Origin: Nitrososphaeraceae archaeon | GTDB lineage: Archaea; Thermoproteota; Nitrososphaeria; Nitrososphaerales; Nitrososphaeraceae | Reading direction: 5' to 3' | Length of the DNA stretch: 64,000 nucleotides | NCBI GenBank assembly: GCA_035250975.1 | Contig: DATFEP010000067.1 | Location: forward strand, 32,001-96,000 | In this document: positions 50,813 through 61,208 of the stretch, in pieces | How the letters are laid out: each line of letters starts with the position of its first letter | Numbering within the stretch: the stretch's first letter is position 1 | Program-made: the position numbers and the translations under genes | Notes under the pieces: model-generated | What the model was told of the DNA's origin: nothing | What the model saw: the letters and a program-made list of their open reading frames with translations, nothing else | Database searches by the model: none

Positions 50813-51453
50813 CTTACAAAGCCGTGCAATAATCCACGAATAATTATTCCCTCTTCCCCGCCAGAAGACAACTCGTAATTATTTTTGAATTGATCAATCA
50901 ATTCTTTTGTATAATAGTAAAATTGTTTCTCTGTGAGTTCGTGTTTTAGACAAAGATCATTTCGAACTATAGATAATGCCACCCAACCAATTGAACCAGC
51001 ATTTTTTGAAATTGATAAATCGAAATCAAGTTTAAAAGTATTTAAATCAATTGTTTTTTCTGGTTTTAAAGCCGACTCCTCATATCGTTGGTTACTGTTC
51101 GTTAATAAAGAATCCATTAGTAAAATGAGTCGACCATCTAATTTTTCAACATGTTTATTAACTGATGAAGACAGTCCATGAAATGAGTCTTGTAAATCTT
51201 TCAAAAGCTCGTAAATATACTTAAATTTAGCGTCGGAATTAATAAGATATTGAAAATAGTTATCTTTATGCCAATAGTAATATGTATTTGCTTTTTTGGC
51301 AATAATTACCTCTCCAGTTTTAAGCCATTCTTCAATTTTTTTATCAAAGTCTGTACCCACATATTCTTTTTTTAAGGCAATCTTTTTTACCCCTTCTTCA
51401 CCTGAAGAAAAAATTTTGTCAAATATTTTTTCCTCCAAAGACATGGAATACAT
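50803..51453 (-). CDS. winged-helix / coiled-coil / winged-helix-like protein coupled to the ATPase
   Basis: Start re-called at MYSMSLEE; stop overlaps the ATPase start; heptad-like central segment; C-terminal YELSSGGEEGI. Confidence 0.65.
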   Translation of the reverse strand: MYSMSLEEKIFDKIFSSGEEGVKKIALKKEYVGTDFDKKIEEWLKTGEVIIAKKANTYYYWHKDNYFQYLINSDAKFKYIYELLKDLQDSFHGLSSSVNKHVEKLDGRLILLMDSLLTNSNQRYEESALKPEKTIDLNTFKLDFDLSISKNAGSIGWVALSIVRNDLCLKHELTEKQFYYYTKELIDQFKNNYELSSGGEEGIIIRGLLHGFVRCL

Positions 51454-51661
51454 TTTTAATTTTCTTATAAAAGATACTTGGTGATAATAGATAAAATAAT
51501 TAGTGAATTTAATTTTACTATCATAGACCTTGGATTTATTCTCAAATTGCAACAAAATGGTCGTTGTAAAATCTTAAATTTTACTTTAATTTCCCAATAA
51601 AATAATTAACAATTATTAATAATACAGATCAAATTTGAATATAAAATCCATTATTTATTAA

Positions 51662-51716
51662 CGGGATGATGAAAACTTTGCTGATCGATGATGAAAGCAC
51701 TAGGGTATCTGACCGG
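51662..51716 (+). ncRNA. archaeal box C/D guide sRNA
   Basis: C ATGATGA 51666-51672; D' CTGA 51681-51684; C' ATGATGA 51688-51694; D CTGA 51709-51712; short CGG/CCG terminal stem; upstream ATATAAAA. Confidence 0.88.
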
Positions 51717-52074
51717 TTACTGTTTTACAGGCTTAAAAACCTTGTAGACATTCTACAGCTCTTTAAGATTTAGTATAGTCGAAAATCATAGATTAATCGA
51801 TATTGTTATCTTGGTTTGGCTTCAATATAGGATCTTTCAAATATGATTTTTTATACTTGTTTACTGATGGAACATAAATCTCTTGTCGAAAATTTCCTCT
51901 TTCTATGCAAATATATTTTATGGAATTCTATACCTTGTTGCCTAACTTGTTCTTCTAACACATTTAGCTAACCTATCCTAGTCATAATAGGGGAACTGGA
52001 GAAATTATAAGTAGCCTCTATTAAAGAGCGGAGATATTACTTGATATTAACGTAATTTACATATATTAAATACA

Positions 52075-52437
52075 ATGAATAATGATTTAACAGACAATGA
52101 AGATGGATGTATTTCTTTTCAAGAATTTTTAAAAATCGATTTAAGAGTAGGAAAAATAAAAAAAATTGAGACTGTTCCTCGTATGAACAAAATATACAAA
52201 GCCGAAATTGACATTGGAACAGAGAATAGAGATGTAGTAATTGGAGTTGCCGAGCATTATAAGCCAGAACAATTAGAGAGAAAAATTGTTGTTGTGTGTA
52301 TTAACCTTCGTCCAAAAAAGATGGGACAGATATTTTTCAGAGGCATGGTATTAGCTGCAGAATGTGATAAAGAAAAACCAGTTCTTATTACTATTGATAG
52401 TACAGAGAATTGTAGTATAGGATCAAAAATTCATTAA
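52075..52437 (+). CDS. tRNA-binding OB-fold protein (CsaA/Trbp111-like)
   Basis: F.K.DLRVG.I, NLRPKKM, GMVLAA. Confidence 0.85.
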   Translation: MNNDLTDNEDGCISFQEFLKIDLRVGKIKKIETVPRMNKIYKAEIDIGTENRDVVIGVAEHYKPEQLERKIVVVCINLRPKKMGQIFFRGMVLAAECDKEKPVLITIDSTENCSIGSKIH

Positions 52438-52442
52438 TCATA

Positions 52443-53159
52443 TTAAACATTATTATTATGATTATTTGTTTCCTTTTTATTATACATATCTTCCATTAGG
52501 TCTTCGTATTCCTTATCGAGATCCTTAGTATCTATTCTTATTTTCTCTAGTTTGGAAAAAGCATTAATAATACTCTTAGCTGCCAAAGGTTGTTTAATAT
52601 CTGTTTTTGAAATTTCTCCAAACAATCCTATTGCATCTATTCCTCTTTGCCAAGCTAATCCCAAAATCAAACCATTAAACCAAGTAATATTACCAATTTC
52701 GTTTCCAACCAATTCTATTCCCGAATTAAACAAACGCGGCTTTAGTTCAGGATTATTTGTCACTCCACAAACTTTGGGAGCACCTGTCACTTGTTGTTTT
52801 AAGTAACCGCCTGCAGAATATAGACATTTAATTTTCCCAATAGATAATATGTAATCTAAAAAAACATTACATAAACTATACAGTTCATTTGAATCTTGTG
52901 GCTGGGAATCACCAGTAAAAATTATTATATTATATTTTTCTGAAAAATATATTTTATAAAAATCAAGTATGGGTTTGACAATCCCATTAGAATGGGATAC
53001 CCATGGTTTTTCAATAGCTTCAATGTTTGCAATATTTTTTGAATCTAATTTTTTGGATAAAAAAGAAGATACAATTCCTCCAACTTTACCCATATCAGGT
53101 AAAGATGATATAACCATAAAATCATTAAGATGAATATGTTCCAAAATTTCAAGTTTCAT
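52443..53159 (-). CDS. PAC2 family (proteasome assembly chaperone-like) protein
   Basis: LPDMGKVG, GDSQP, NGLILG, LFGE...P.AAK. Confidence 0.8.
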   Translation of the reverse strand: MKLEILEHIHLNDFMVISSLPDMGKVGGIVSSFLSKKLDSKNIANIEAIEKPWVSHSNGIVKPILDFYKIYFSEKYNIIIFTGDSQPQDSNELYSLCNVFLDYILSIGKIKCLYSAGGYLKQQVTGAPKVCGVTNNPELKPRLFNSGIELVGNEIGNITWFNGLILGLAWQRGIDAIGLFGEISKTDIKQPLAAKSIINAFSKLEKIRIDTKDLDKEYEDLMEDMYNKKETNNHNNNV

Positions 53160-53162
53160 ATC

Positions 53163-54041
53163 TTATTTCATTCCATTTAATTTCTTGACCAATGTATAGA
53201 TAGCGGTATAATCAAGATTTGCTAATCCCATTTTCGAAGCATAATTAAATAAATGTAAAACTGAATTTGTTATCGGTAAAGTGATATCGTTATCGTCTGC
53301 CAGGTGCATAACTAAACTTAGATCCTTTTTCATATGCTTGAGGTAAAAAGATGGATTATAATCACCCTTTATCATTCTAGGACCTTTATTCTCACTCATA
53401 CCGGTTTTAAAATAAGTAGAATTCAGAATTTTGAGATACAAACTCGGGTCTAGTCCGAAACTCTCTGATAAAATCAACCCTTCCGAAAGCGCTACAGCAA
53501 TTATTCCTATATTAAGATTTAAGGCTAGTTTTATGGCATTAGCTAACCCTGGTTTATCGCCAACATAATAAATGGGATTACCTAGATTACAGATTACTGA
53601 ACTAATTTTTTCATACACAGACTTTTCTCCTGAAACAATTGGAATAAGTTTCCCTTCAAGTGTTGCAGCAGGCCCTCCCATCACTGGAGTGTTTAGGTAC
53701 GTAATTCCATTTTCCTTGAATTTATTATTACAAATTTCCGATTCTTTTGGTGTAATGGTACTAAAATCCAAAACTGTCATGTTTTTATTATTAGAATTTA
53801 TTAGACCGTCCTCCATAAAGCAAAGATCATTAATTGCTGCATAATTAGTCACACAAATGGCAACAATTGAAGACTGATCGCCTATTTTTTTTGGAGAATC
53901 TAATACAATTGCTCCACTTCTTGCTAGTGCTGATGATTTGGAAGATGTTCTATTATATACATTAATTTTGAAATTACAATTTAACAATCTCAAACCAATA
54001 TTATAACCCAATAATCCAAGTCCAATAATACCGATTTGCAT
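53163..54041 (-). CDS. NAD(P)-dependent beta-hydroxyacid dehydrogenase (3-hydroxyisobutyrate dehydrogenase family)
   Basis: GIIGLG..G, YNRT, PVMGG, KLALN, F.L.HM.KDL. Confidence 0.88.
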   Translation of the reverse strand: MQIGIIGLGLLGYNIGLRLLNCNFKINVYNRTSSKSSALARSGAIVLDSPKKIGDQSSIVAICVTNYAAINDLCFMEDGLINSNNKNMTVLDFSTITPKESEICNNKFKENGITYLNTPVMGGPAATLEGKLIPIVSGEKSVYEKISSVICNLGNPIYYVGDKPGLANAIKLALNLNIGIIAVALSEGLILSESFGLDPSLYLKILNSTYFKTGMSENKGPRMIKGDYNPSFYLKHMKKDLSLVMHLADDNDITLPITNSVLHLFNYASKMGLANLDYTAIYTLVKKLNGMK

Positions 54042-54100
54042 AAAAAAACAATAAAAGATTCCATAAAAATATTTTTTTATTTTAAAAAAATAATGACCGA

Positions 54101-54421
54101 TTATACCAACAAGAACACGGATCCATTAGAAATCTTTGTTTGGTAAATCCCTAAAGGTATCTCTGCAGGTAGATTTTCAGGTTTTCCAGTTTCTAATTTG
54201 AACGCTGACATATGGAGTGGACATGTAACTGTTTTTTCTTGTTCATTTAGAATGCCTAAAGAAAGATCTGCATCAGCATGGGTACAAATTCTATCACTTG
54301 CATAAATATGATCTCCTATTTTTACCAACAAGATTTTTTTTTCTTCGTAATTAAACTCCATAATCTCTCCAGATGAAAGAGACTTTAAATCACATACTTT
54401 AATCCAAGGCAAAAGACACAC
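54101..54421 (-). CDS. Rieske-type [2Fe-2S] ferredoxin
   Basis: CTH...CPLH. Confidence 0.9.
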   Translation of the reverse strand: MCLLPWIKVCDLKSLSSGEIMEFNYEEKKILLVKIGDHIYASDRICTHADADLSLGILNEQEKTVTCPLHMSAFKLETGKPENLPAEIPLGIYQTKISNGSVFLLV

Positions 54422-54448
54422 ACCGAATCATGGTAAAATAACAGAAAG

Positions 54449-55864
54449 CTATCGATATTTGTAATGTTTTTCAAATATATCCTCTGTTTCTCGATATCTA
54501 GTTTTCTCAACTTCAAGAATTTGTTCCATAGCCTCGTCTGTTCTTAAAATCAATGGTTTTCCTAACCATTTATTTTCGATAAGATAATTTATCCAAGCTC
54601 GAATAGTAGGACCCATTCTTCTTGAAATAGGTTCTAAAAATCCCCCAACTATTTCCCGCTTTGCCGATTCTTTAGATAAACCACGACTCATTAGATAGAA
54701 AATTTGTTTTTCATCGATTTGAGATACTGATGCTGAATGAGTCGCCTTGACTTCATTTGATTCTATCTCCAATCCTGGAATAGCATCGGATTTTGCTCCT
54801 TTGTCTAACAAAATAGCATGTCCTGCAAGATAAGATTCTGTAGATTTTGCATTCTTGTTTATCTTTATCATTCCCTTAAATAAGGATTGAGAAGTATCTT
54901 TCATTACAGATTTAACTAGAACCCTACCCTTAGTATTTGGCGCAGAATGTATCAAGTTGGAAGAAATATCAAAGGATTGGTTATCTATTCCAAATATGAT
55001 CTCCACATCCTCAACTGATGCACCTTGACCTTGCATTATGCTATCTATTTTATATCTTGAAAGTTGTGAACCAAATAGACCTATCGACCAAGACATATTA
55101 GCATCTTGTTCAACAAACGATTTTCTATTTGAAAAATTAACCGCCTGGTAATCCAACGATTGGAGAGTTACCATTTCTAGTTGCGAATTATTCATGAGGT
55201 GAGCGTCTAGTAATTCAAAATATACCTGCTGAATATCCTTATTTTTTATGTTTGCAGAATACAGCTCTTGAACTATAGTAGCTTTTGAATCTGGTTCGCT
55301 AATGATAATATTTCGAGAGATAGAAGAAATTCCGTTTTCTGAAAGATAGTTAATTATTCTTATAGGCTCATCTATTACCATATTCTTTGGTACATATATA
55401 AAAAACCCATGCTGAAAAGCTGCGGAACAGAGAGCCAAAAACCTATCTTCTTTGAAGTCAAGTTTATTTTTTGTAAGGTGTTTTTGTATTATATCAGAAT
55501 ATTCATTTAATGCATCAGATATTTCAGAAATAACAAGACCTTTTTTCCTTAATTCATCATCCAAAAATGTATTTACAATATTGCTATCCTTGCATACAAT
55601 ACCAGTTCCTTTACTCAACTCTGCAACTCTATCCGAGAATAGACTTACATCTTGATTCTCTTTCGTTTTATCAAAAAAAATCTTATCCGGTATTAGACGA
55701 TTTGCATTTGAATATTTTGTATATAATTGCGAGACCTCAAATGGAAGCTTTTCATAATTTAGAGATGCATCTTTCCTGAATTGGCGCATCCATTCTGGTT
55801 CCGAATCATCAAAAATACTGTCAAAATTATCTTCTATAGACGATAATTTGTACATTTTAATCAT
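54449..55864 (-). CDS. sufD: Fe-S cluster assembly protein SufD
   Basis: PGLEI...VKATHSASV, FYLMSRG; follows sufB. Confidence 0.92.
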   Translation of the reverse strand: MIKMYKLSSIEDNFDSIFDDSEPEWMRQFRKDASLNYEKLPFEVSQLYTKYSNANRLIPDKIFFDKTKENQDVSLFSDRVAELSKGTGIVCKDSNIVNTFLDDELRKKGLVISEISDALNEYSDIIQKHLTKNKLDFKEDRFLALCSAAFQHGFFIYVPKNMVIDEPIRIINYLSENGISSISRNIIISEPDSKATIVQELYSANIKNKDIQQVYFELLDAHLMNNSQLEMVTLQSLDYQAVNFSNRKSFVEQDANMSWSIGLFGSQLSRYKIDSIMQGQGASVEDVEIIFGIDNQSFDISSNLIHSAPNTKGRVLVKSVMKDTSQSLFKGMIKINKNAKSTESYLAGHAILLDKGAKSDAIPGLEIESNEVKATHSASVSQIDEKQIFYLMSRGLSKESAKREIVGGFLEPISRRMGPTIRAWINYLIENKWLGKPLILRTDEAMEQILEVEKTRYRETEDIFEKHYKYR

Positions 55865-55892
55865 CTGTTATTTGAAAAAATAGGTGTTTTGA

Positions 55893-57293
55893 TTAACCCA
55901 CAGATCCTTCCATTTCTAATTTGACTAATCTATTGAGCTCAACAGCATATTCCATTGGTAATTCTTTGGTAAATGGTTCTATGAATCCCCCAACAATAAG
56001 AGATAATGCATCTGATTCTGAAAATCCCCTACTCATTAAATAAAAGATTTGGTCTTCACCTATCTTTCCCACAGTAGCTTCATGTGAAATAGTCGCATCA
56101 TCTTCATTCACTTCAACATATGGATATGTATCGGTTCTTGAATTTTCATCCAGTAAAAGTGCATCGCATCTTACATTTGATTTTACTCCAGTTGCACCTT
56201 TGGCAACATGCAATAGGCCTCTATAAGTTGTTCTTCCTGATTGTTTACTGACAGACTTACTCGTAATTCTTGATGTTGTATCTGATGCAAGATGTACAGC
56301 TTTGGCTCCTGCATCTTGATGTTGATCCGATCCTGCAAAAGCAATTGATACAACCTCAGCGTGAGCATTTTTTCCCAACAAGTATACACCAGGATACTTC
56401 ATAGTCAATTTACTTCCAATATTTCCATCAATCCATTCAACTTTTGCATTTTCATAAGCGTATGCTCTTTTGGTCACTAGATTATAGACGTCTTTACTCC
56501 AATTTTGGATAGTAGTATATCTTATTTTAGCACCCTTCTTGGCAATTAACTCAACTACAGCTGAATGTAATGATTCAGTAGTATATACAGGAGCAGTACA
56601 TCCTTCTATATAATGAACTTCAGAGCCCTCATCAGCAATTATCAAGGTTCGTTCAAACTGTCCGATATTTTCTGCATTTATTCTAAAATATGCTTGTAAG
56701 GGTAATTCAACTTTTACATTTGGCGGAACATAAATAAATGAACCACCAGACCAAACTGCACTATTTAATGCAGCAAATTTATTATCTTCTGGAGGAATTA
56801 TTTTACCGAAATATTTGCGAAAAATATCAGGATGTTCCTTCACTGCTGTATCAGTATCTAGAAATATTACTCCTTGTTTAGCTAAATCTTCATGTAAGTG
56901 GTGATATACTACCTCGGATTCATATTGAGCACCAACCCCAGCAAGAAATTTCTTCTCGGCTTCAGGGATTCCAAGCTTATCAAAAGTGTTTCTAACAGAT
57001 TCCGGAACATCGTCCCAGCTTTTACTTTGCTTTTCAGAAGCTTTAGCATAATAATAAATATTTTGAAAATCGATTTTTGAGAGGTCACCGCCCCAAGTAG
57101 GCATCGGTTTATTCATAAAAATGTCATAAGATCTTAATCGAAAATCAAGCATCCACGCAGGTTCATTTTTAATTTTACTTATTTCTTCTATCGTGCCACG
57201 GGAGAGTCCTTTCTTACTTAGATACACGTATAAATCAGTAGAGTCCTTAAAATCGTATTTACTGTAATCCATGTTGATTTCTTCGAGAGTCAT
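55893..57293 (-). CDS. sufB: Fe-S cluster assembly protein SufB
   Basis: [36 protein letters not shown]. Confidence 0.97.
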   Translation of the reverse strand: MTLEEINMDYSKYDFKDSTDLYVYLSKKGLSRGTIEEISKIKNEPAWMLDFRLRSYDIFMNKPMPTWGGDLSKIDFQNIYYYAKASEKQSKSWDDVPESVRNTFDKLGIPEAEKKFLAGVGAQYESEVVYHHLHEDLAKQGVIFLDTDTAVKEHPDIFRKYFGKIIPPEDNKFAALNSAVWSGGSFIYVPPNVKVELPLQAYFRINAENIGQFERTLIIADEGSEVHYIEGCTAPVYTTESLHSAVVELIAKKGAKIRYTTIQNWSKDVYNLVTKRAYAYENAKVEWIDGNIGSKLTMKYPGVYLLGKNAHAEVVSIAFAGSDQHQDAGAKAVHLASDTTSRITSKSVSKQSGRTTYRGLLHVAKGATGVKSNVRCDALLLDENSRTDTYPYVEVNEDDATISHEATVGKIGEDQIFYLMSRGFSESDALSLIVGGFIEPFTKELPMEYAVELNRLVKLEMEGSVG

Positions 57294-57300
57294 AGAATTA

Positions 57301-57313
57301 ATAACGGCGTTAT
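57301..57313. promoter_or_regulatory. palindrome ATAACG-G-CGTTAT between the TATA box and the sufB start
   Basis: Perfect 6-bp arms; minus-strand TTTATATA box about 57316-57326. Confidence 0.35.
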
Positions 57314-57395
57314 ACTATATATAAATTTTGCAACACTATAAAATAAGACAAAAATAGCATTAGAATAAAAATTTTTATAATGACATCTAAGAAAA

Positions 57396-58178
57396 TTAAA
57401 TTTGAGATTTTAACAACTCTGCAACATCATTTAAAGAATGCATGTGTGATTCGGTAAAGCTTATGCCATATTTTTGCAATTCTTTGCTTGTTTTGGGTCC
57501 TATTGAAATAACCAGACCTATTTTTTTTATATTTTGTAATAAATCTTCTGATATCATTTTAATAATATCAAAAAAAAATCTAACATTAGATGGACTAGTG
57601 AAAATCAAAGAGTCTATCTTATTATCTCCTAGCAATCTGGAAAAATCTATCCAGTTATCGTCGATACCAGATGGTTTAACATCATACAAATAAAATTCAT
57701 GAACTTGATATCCTAATCTCGTAAGATTTTCTCGCAAATAGTCATCGGCTAATCTACTTCTAGGAATAACGATTTTTCTTGCTTTCTGCGTCTTTCCAAA
57801 TATTTTTAATATCTCTTCTGAGGATGATTTTGATGGAACGTATCGAACGTTTATAGCATTTTTATTCAGACTATTACTAGTTGAATTACCTATCGCTACA
57901 ACTGTAACTTTTTCATTAAGAATTCTGGCAATATCATCATATCTGTTTATTTTCTTGGCAAATTCAAAAAATAATTGTACAGCATTAACACTTAAAAAAA
58001 CAAAATAATCGTCTTCAGTAAAAGAGAATCGAAATATCTCATTTATAATCTTAGCATTGTTAGGTATTATTTCACTAGTTTTGAGTCTAACTAACCGAAG
58101 AGACTCATTATTTAGTAAATATGAAAACTCGCTTGATAAATTTCTGGAATGAGTTATTGCAATAATTTTATCTTTCAT
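57396..58178 (-). CDS. hemD: uroporphyrinogen-III synthase
   Basis: FLS.NAV, AIG..T, FTSPS.V, SIGPKT; hem operon context. Confidence 0.88.
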   Translation of the reverse strand: MKDKIIAITHSRNLSSEFSYLLNNESLRLVRLKTSEIIPNNAKIINEIFRFSFTEDDYFVFLSVNAVQLFFEFAKKINRYDDIARILNEKVTVVAIGNSTSNSLNKNAINVRYVPSKSSSEEILKIFGKTQKARKIVIPRSRLADDYLRENLTRLGYQVHEFYLYDVKPSGIDDNWIDFSRLLGDNKIDSLIFTSPSNVRFFFDIIKMISEDLLQNIKKIGLVISIGPKTSKELQKYGISFTESHMHSLNDVAELLKSQI

Positions 58179-58194
58179 ATTATCAGAAATTTTT

Positions 58195-58998
58195 TTATCT
58201 CCAACCGATCCTTTCTGATAATGAAACTACCTCTCCTATTACTATTACTGCAGGTGGTTTAATAGATGATTCTTTCATCTTTTCTATAATATTTGATGCA
58301 TTTCCTATTATTATTTTTTGATCTTGAAGAGTACCACGTTCGATAATAGCCACTTTGGTATTCTTATCCAGGCCGTGATGCATTAATTTACCCATTATTT
58401 TTGGAAGATTCTCTATTCCCATAAGAATAACTATTGTATCCACAGATTTAGCCAATTTATCCCATCGAACACTTTTTTCTTCTTTGCTCGGATCTTCATG
58501 CCCTGTAACTATCGCAACTGAGGATGAAAGTTTTCTATGGGTAAGCGGAATTCCAGAATAAATTGCTGATGCTATTGCTGAGGAGATCCCGGGAACAATT
58601 TCAAATCGTATATTATTTTCAAAAAGAAACTCTGCTTCTTCTCCTCCTCTACCAAAAATAAAAGGATCTCCTCCTTTGAGTCGTAAAACTTTTTTGCCAT
58701 CTCTAGCATACTTTAACATCATTTTATTAGTTTTTATTTGATTACTAGTAGGATCTCCAGAAGATCTTCCAACATAAAGCCGAATTGTTTTTTCTGGTAT
58801 TAGTTTTAAGATTTCATTACTTACTAGACGATCATATAATATAATATCGCATTTTTTGATTAACTCATGACAACGCATTGTAATCAATTTCGAATTTCCT
58901 GGTCCAGAGCCACAAATGTAAATCTTACCCTTAGTGATTTTTTTTGTTCCATTCGTCAACAGCTTTATCCCACCCTTGTGCAAACCTAGCTGCACCAT
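58195..58998 (-). CDS. cobA: uroporphyrinogen-III C-methyltransferase (start probably ~58959)
   Basis: [38 protein letters not shown]. Confidence 0.95.
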   Translation of the reverse strand: MVQLGLHKGGIKLLTNGTKKITKGKIYICGSGPGNSKLITMRCHELIKKCDIILYDRLVSNEILKLIPEKTIRLYVGRSSGDPTSNQIKTNKMMLKYARDGKKVLRLKGGDPFIFGRGGEEAEFLFENNIRFEIVPGISSAIASAIYSGIPLTHRKLSSSVAIVTGHEDPSKEEKSVRWDKLAKSVDTIVILMGIENLPKIMGKLMHHGLDKNTKVAIIERGTLQDQKIIIGNASNIIEKMKESSIKPPAVIVIGEVVSLSERIGWR

Positions 58999-59887
58999 TC
59001 CTTAACAAATATTTAGCAGCTATATTTCCCAATTTCTTAGGGGAATCATAGGAGCCTATTTTTTTAACAACCAATTCTTCTGATCCATCAGAGGAAAATA
59101 TTTTTGAAAAAAATCTTATACTATTATTTCTTTTTGAAGCAATCGCACACGCTCCTATAGGAAATCTACAACCACCTTCTATTCTTGATATAAAAGTTCT
59201 TTCTGCTTCAATAGATTTTCTCGAAGGCTCATCTTCAATTTTTTTCAAGAAATTAATTAGTGTTTTATTGTTTTTTTTAGATACTATTCCTAAGGCACCT
59301 TGCCCCGGCGCTGGTAAAAATTCTGTTATTTCAAGTCTTTGACTAATCACATTTAACTTCCCCAATCTTTTTAATCCTGCTTCTGCAAGGATAATTCCAT
59401 CGTAATCTCCTTTTAATGTTTTATCTATTCTTGTATCAATGTTACCACGAATTGGTTTTACAATCAAATCCTTCCGAAGATTGATCAACTGAATTGCCCT
59501 ACGTAAACTACTAGTACCAATAACAGAGTTCGAAGGAATATCTATCAATTTTCTTTTTCTTTTACTAATTAAAACATCGTTTATAGATTCTCTCATGGGT
59601 ATAGAACAAATAGTCAAATTATTATTTAGTGTAGAAGGAACATCTTTGATACTATGAATTGCTATGTCTACTTCGCCATTTAGCACAGCTTCATTGATTT
59701 CTTTTTCAAATATCCCTTTCCTATCCATTGAAAATAATGCTTGTTGTTTATCTAAATCTCCACTAGTTACAATCTTAACAATTTCATATTCGAAAACAGG
59801 ATTTACTCGTGAAAGAGAATCTAACACAATATTTGTCTGAGCAATGGCTAATTTGCTACCCCTAGTTCCTACTCTCAATCGATTCAT
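58931..59887 (-). CDS. hemC: hydroxymethylbilane synthase
   Basis: GTRGSKLA..Q, HSIKD, GTSSLRR, RGNIDTR, GGC. Confidence 0.96.
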   Translation of the reverse strand: MNRLRVGTRGSKLAIAQTNIVLDSLSRVNPVFEYEIVKIVTSGDLDKQQALFSMDRKGIFEKEINEAVLNGEVDIAIHSIKDVPSTLNNNLTICSIPMRESINDVLISKRKRKLIDIPSNSVIGTSSLRRAIQLINLRKDLIVKPIRGNIDTRIDKTLKGDYDGIILAEAGLKRLGKLNVISQRLEITEFLPAPGQGALGIVSKKNNKTLINFLKKIEDEPSRKSIEAERTFISRIEGGCRFPIGACAIASKRNNSIRFFSKIFSSDGSEELVVKKIGSYDSPKKLGNIAAKYLLRNGAARFAQGWDKAVDEWNKKNH

Positions 59888-61170
59888 TTTATATTTTTAA
59901 TGTTAAGTAATGAATTAAAATAACTCTCTATAGTTCTTTCTATATCTTCTTCATTATGAGAAAATGATGTAAAACATGTTTCAAATTGCGATGGTGGTAT
60001 GAAGATATCCTTTTGAAGGAGCATCAAGAAAAATTTTTCAAATAACTTTTGATCTGATTTTATAACATCAAGTGTTGAGTTTACTTTTCCAATAGTAAAA
60101 AATATTTGAAATAGTGATCCTATGGAATTAATAGTAAAAAATTCATCGAATCTATTTATACTGTCCCTTATTCCCTTAACCAAAGTATCACATGATCGAG
60201 CCAGTTGCGGATAAATTATATTCTTGTTAGCCTTCAGGATTTGCATTGTAGCAATGCAAGCAGACACAGAAATAGGATTTCCAGCGTATGTACTAGCCTG
60301 ATAAACATTTCCAATTGGGGATAACTGGTCCATTATCTCTGCCTTCCCACAAATTGCCGCAATAGGGAATCCGTTACCAAGTGATTTGGAAAATGTAGCA
60401 AGATCCGGTTTAATACCAAAAAATTCACTTGCCCCACCCAAGGATAGTCTGAATCCAGTTATGACCTCATCAAATACTAAAATAATATCATTCTCCCGAG
60501 TTACTTTTCTCAAATTATTTAAATAATTTTTTTCAGGCAACACTAGACCATAGTTTCCCAATATAGGCTCAACAATGAGACAACTGATATTTCCTGAATC
60601 TTTTTTAATAATATTCTCAAGATCCCCTAGATCATTATATTTGACTATCAATGTCTCTTTGGAAATTTCTTCAAGCGAACCTTCTGAAGAGGGGATATTT
60701 GCTGCTCCTGAACCCGCTTTTACTAGAACATAGTCGTACGCTCCGTGATAACCTCCATCAAATTTTATAATTTTCTTTCTCTTATTAAATGCCCTGGAGA
60801 GTCTAATGGCAGTCATTGTGGATTCGGAGCCGGTGTTTAGAATTCTTACCTTTTCAGCACAAGGAATAATTTCAGTCAAAAGTTCTGCAAGATACACCTC
60901 CTTTTCGGTAGGGATACAGAATAGCGTTCCCTTATCGAGCTGATTTTTTATTGATTCCAGCACTTGAGGATATGAGTGACCTAGGATTAAAGATCCATAA
61001 CCCATACAATAATCTAATAATGTCCTATGATCAGCAGTTACTATTTTACTTCCAAATCCGGAAGAAACAAAGAATGGATATGGTTTAAAAAATCTTACAG
61101 GACTGTTTACCCCTCCCGGAATTACCTTTACAGATCTATCAAATAATTCCTTTGACTTTACAAATTTCAA
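59884..61170 (-). CDS. hemL: glutamate-1-semialdehyde 2,1-aminomutase
   Basis: PGGVNSPVR, FDEVITGFR, PPSQFE. Confidence 0.96.
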   Translation of the reverse strand: MKFVKSKELFDRSVKVIPGGVNSPVRFFKPYPFFVSSGFGSKIVTADHRTLLDYCMGYGSLILGHSYPQVLESIKNQLDKGTLFCIPTEKEVYLAELLTEIIPCAEKVRILNTGSESTMTAIRLSRAFNKRKKIIKFDGGYHGAYDYVLVKAGSGAANIPSSEGSLEEISKETLIVKYNDLGDLENIIKKDSGNISCLIVEPILGNYGLVLPEKNYLNNLRKVTRENDIILVFDEVITGFRLSLGGASEFFGIKPDLATFSKSLGNGFPIAAICGKAEIMDQLSPIGNVYQASTYAGNPISVSACIATMQILKANKNIIYPQLARSCDTLVKGIRDSINRFDEFFTINSIGSLFQIFFTIGKVNSTLDVIKSDQKLFEKFFLMLLQKDIFIPPSQFETCFTSFSHNEEDIERTIESYFNSLLNIKNIK

Positions 61171-61208
61171 TAATCATTACTTTGATATTATTCTATTTAT
61201 AAAATAAC

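Noticed and set aside
51673-51680. D' guide of the 51.7-kb sRNA pairing with the tRNA-Tyr T-loop intron (CAAAGT)
   Set aside because: Only 6 bp of complementarity, which is expected by chance.
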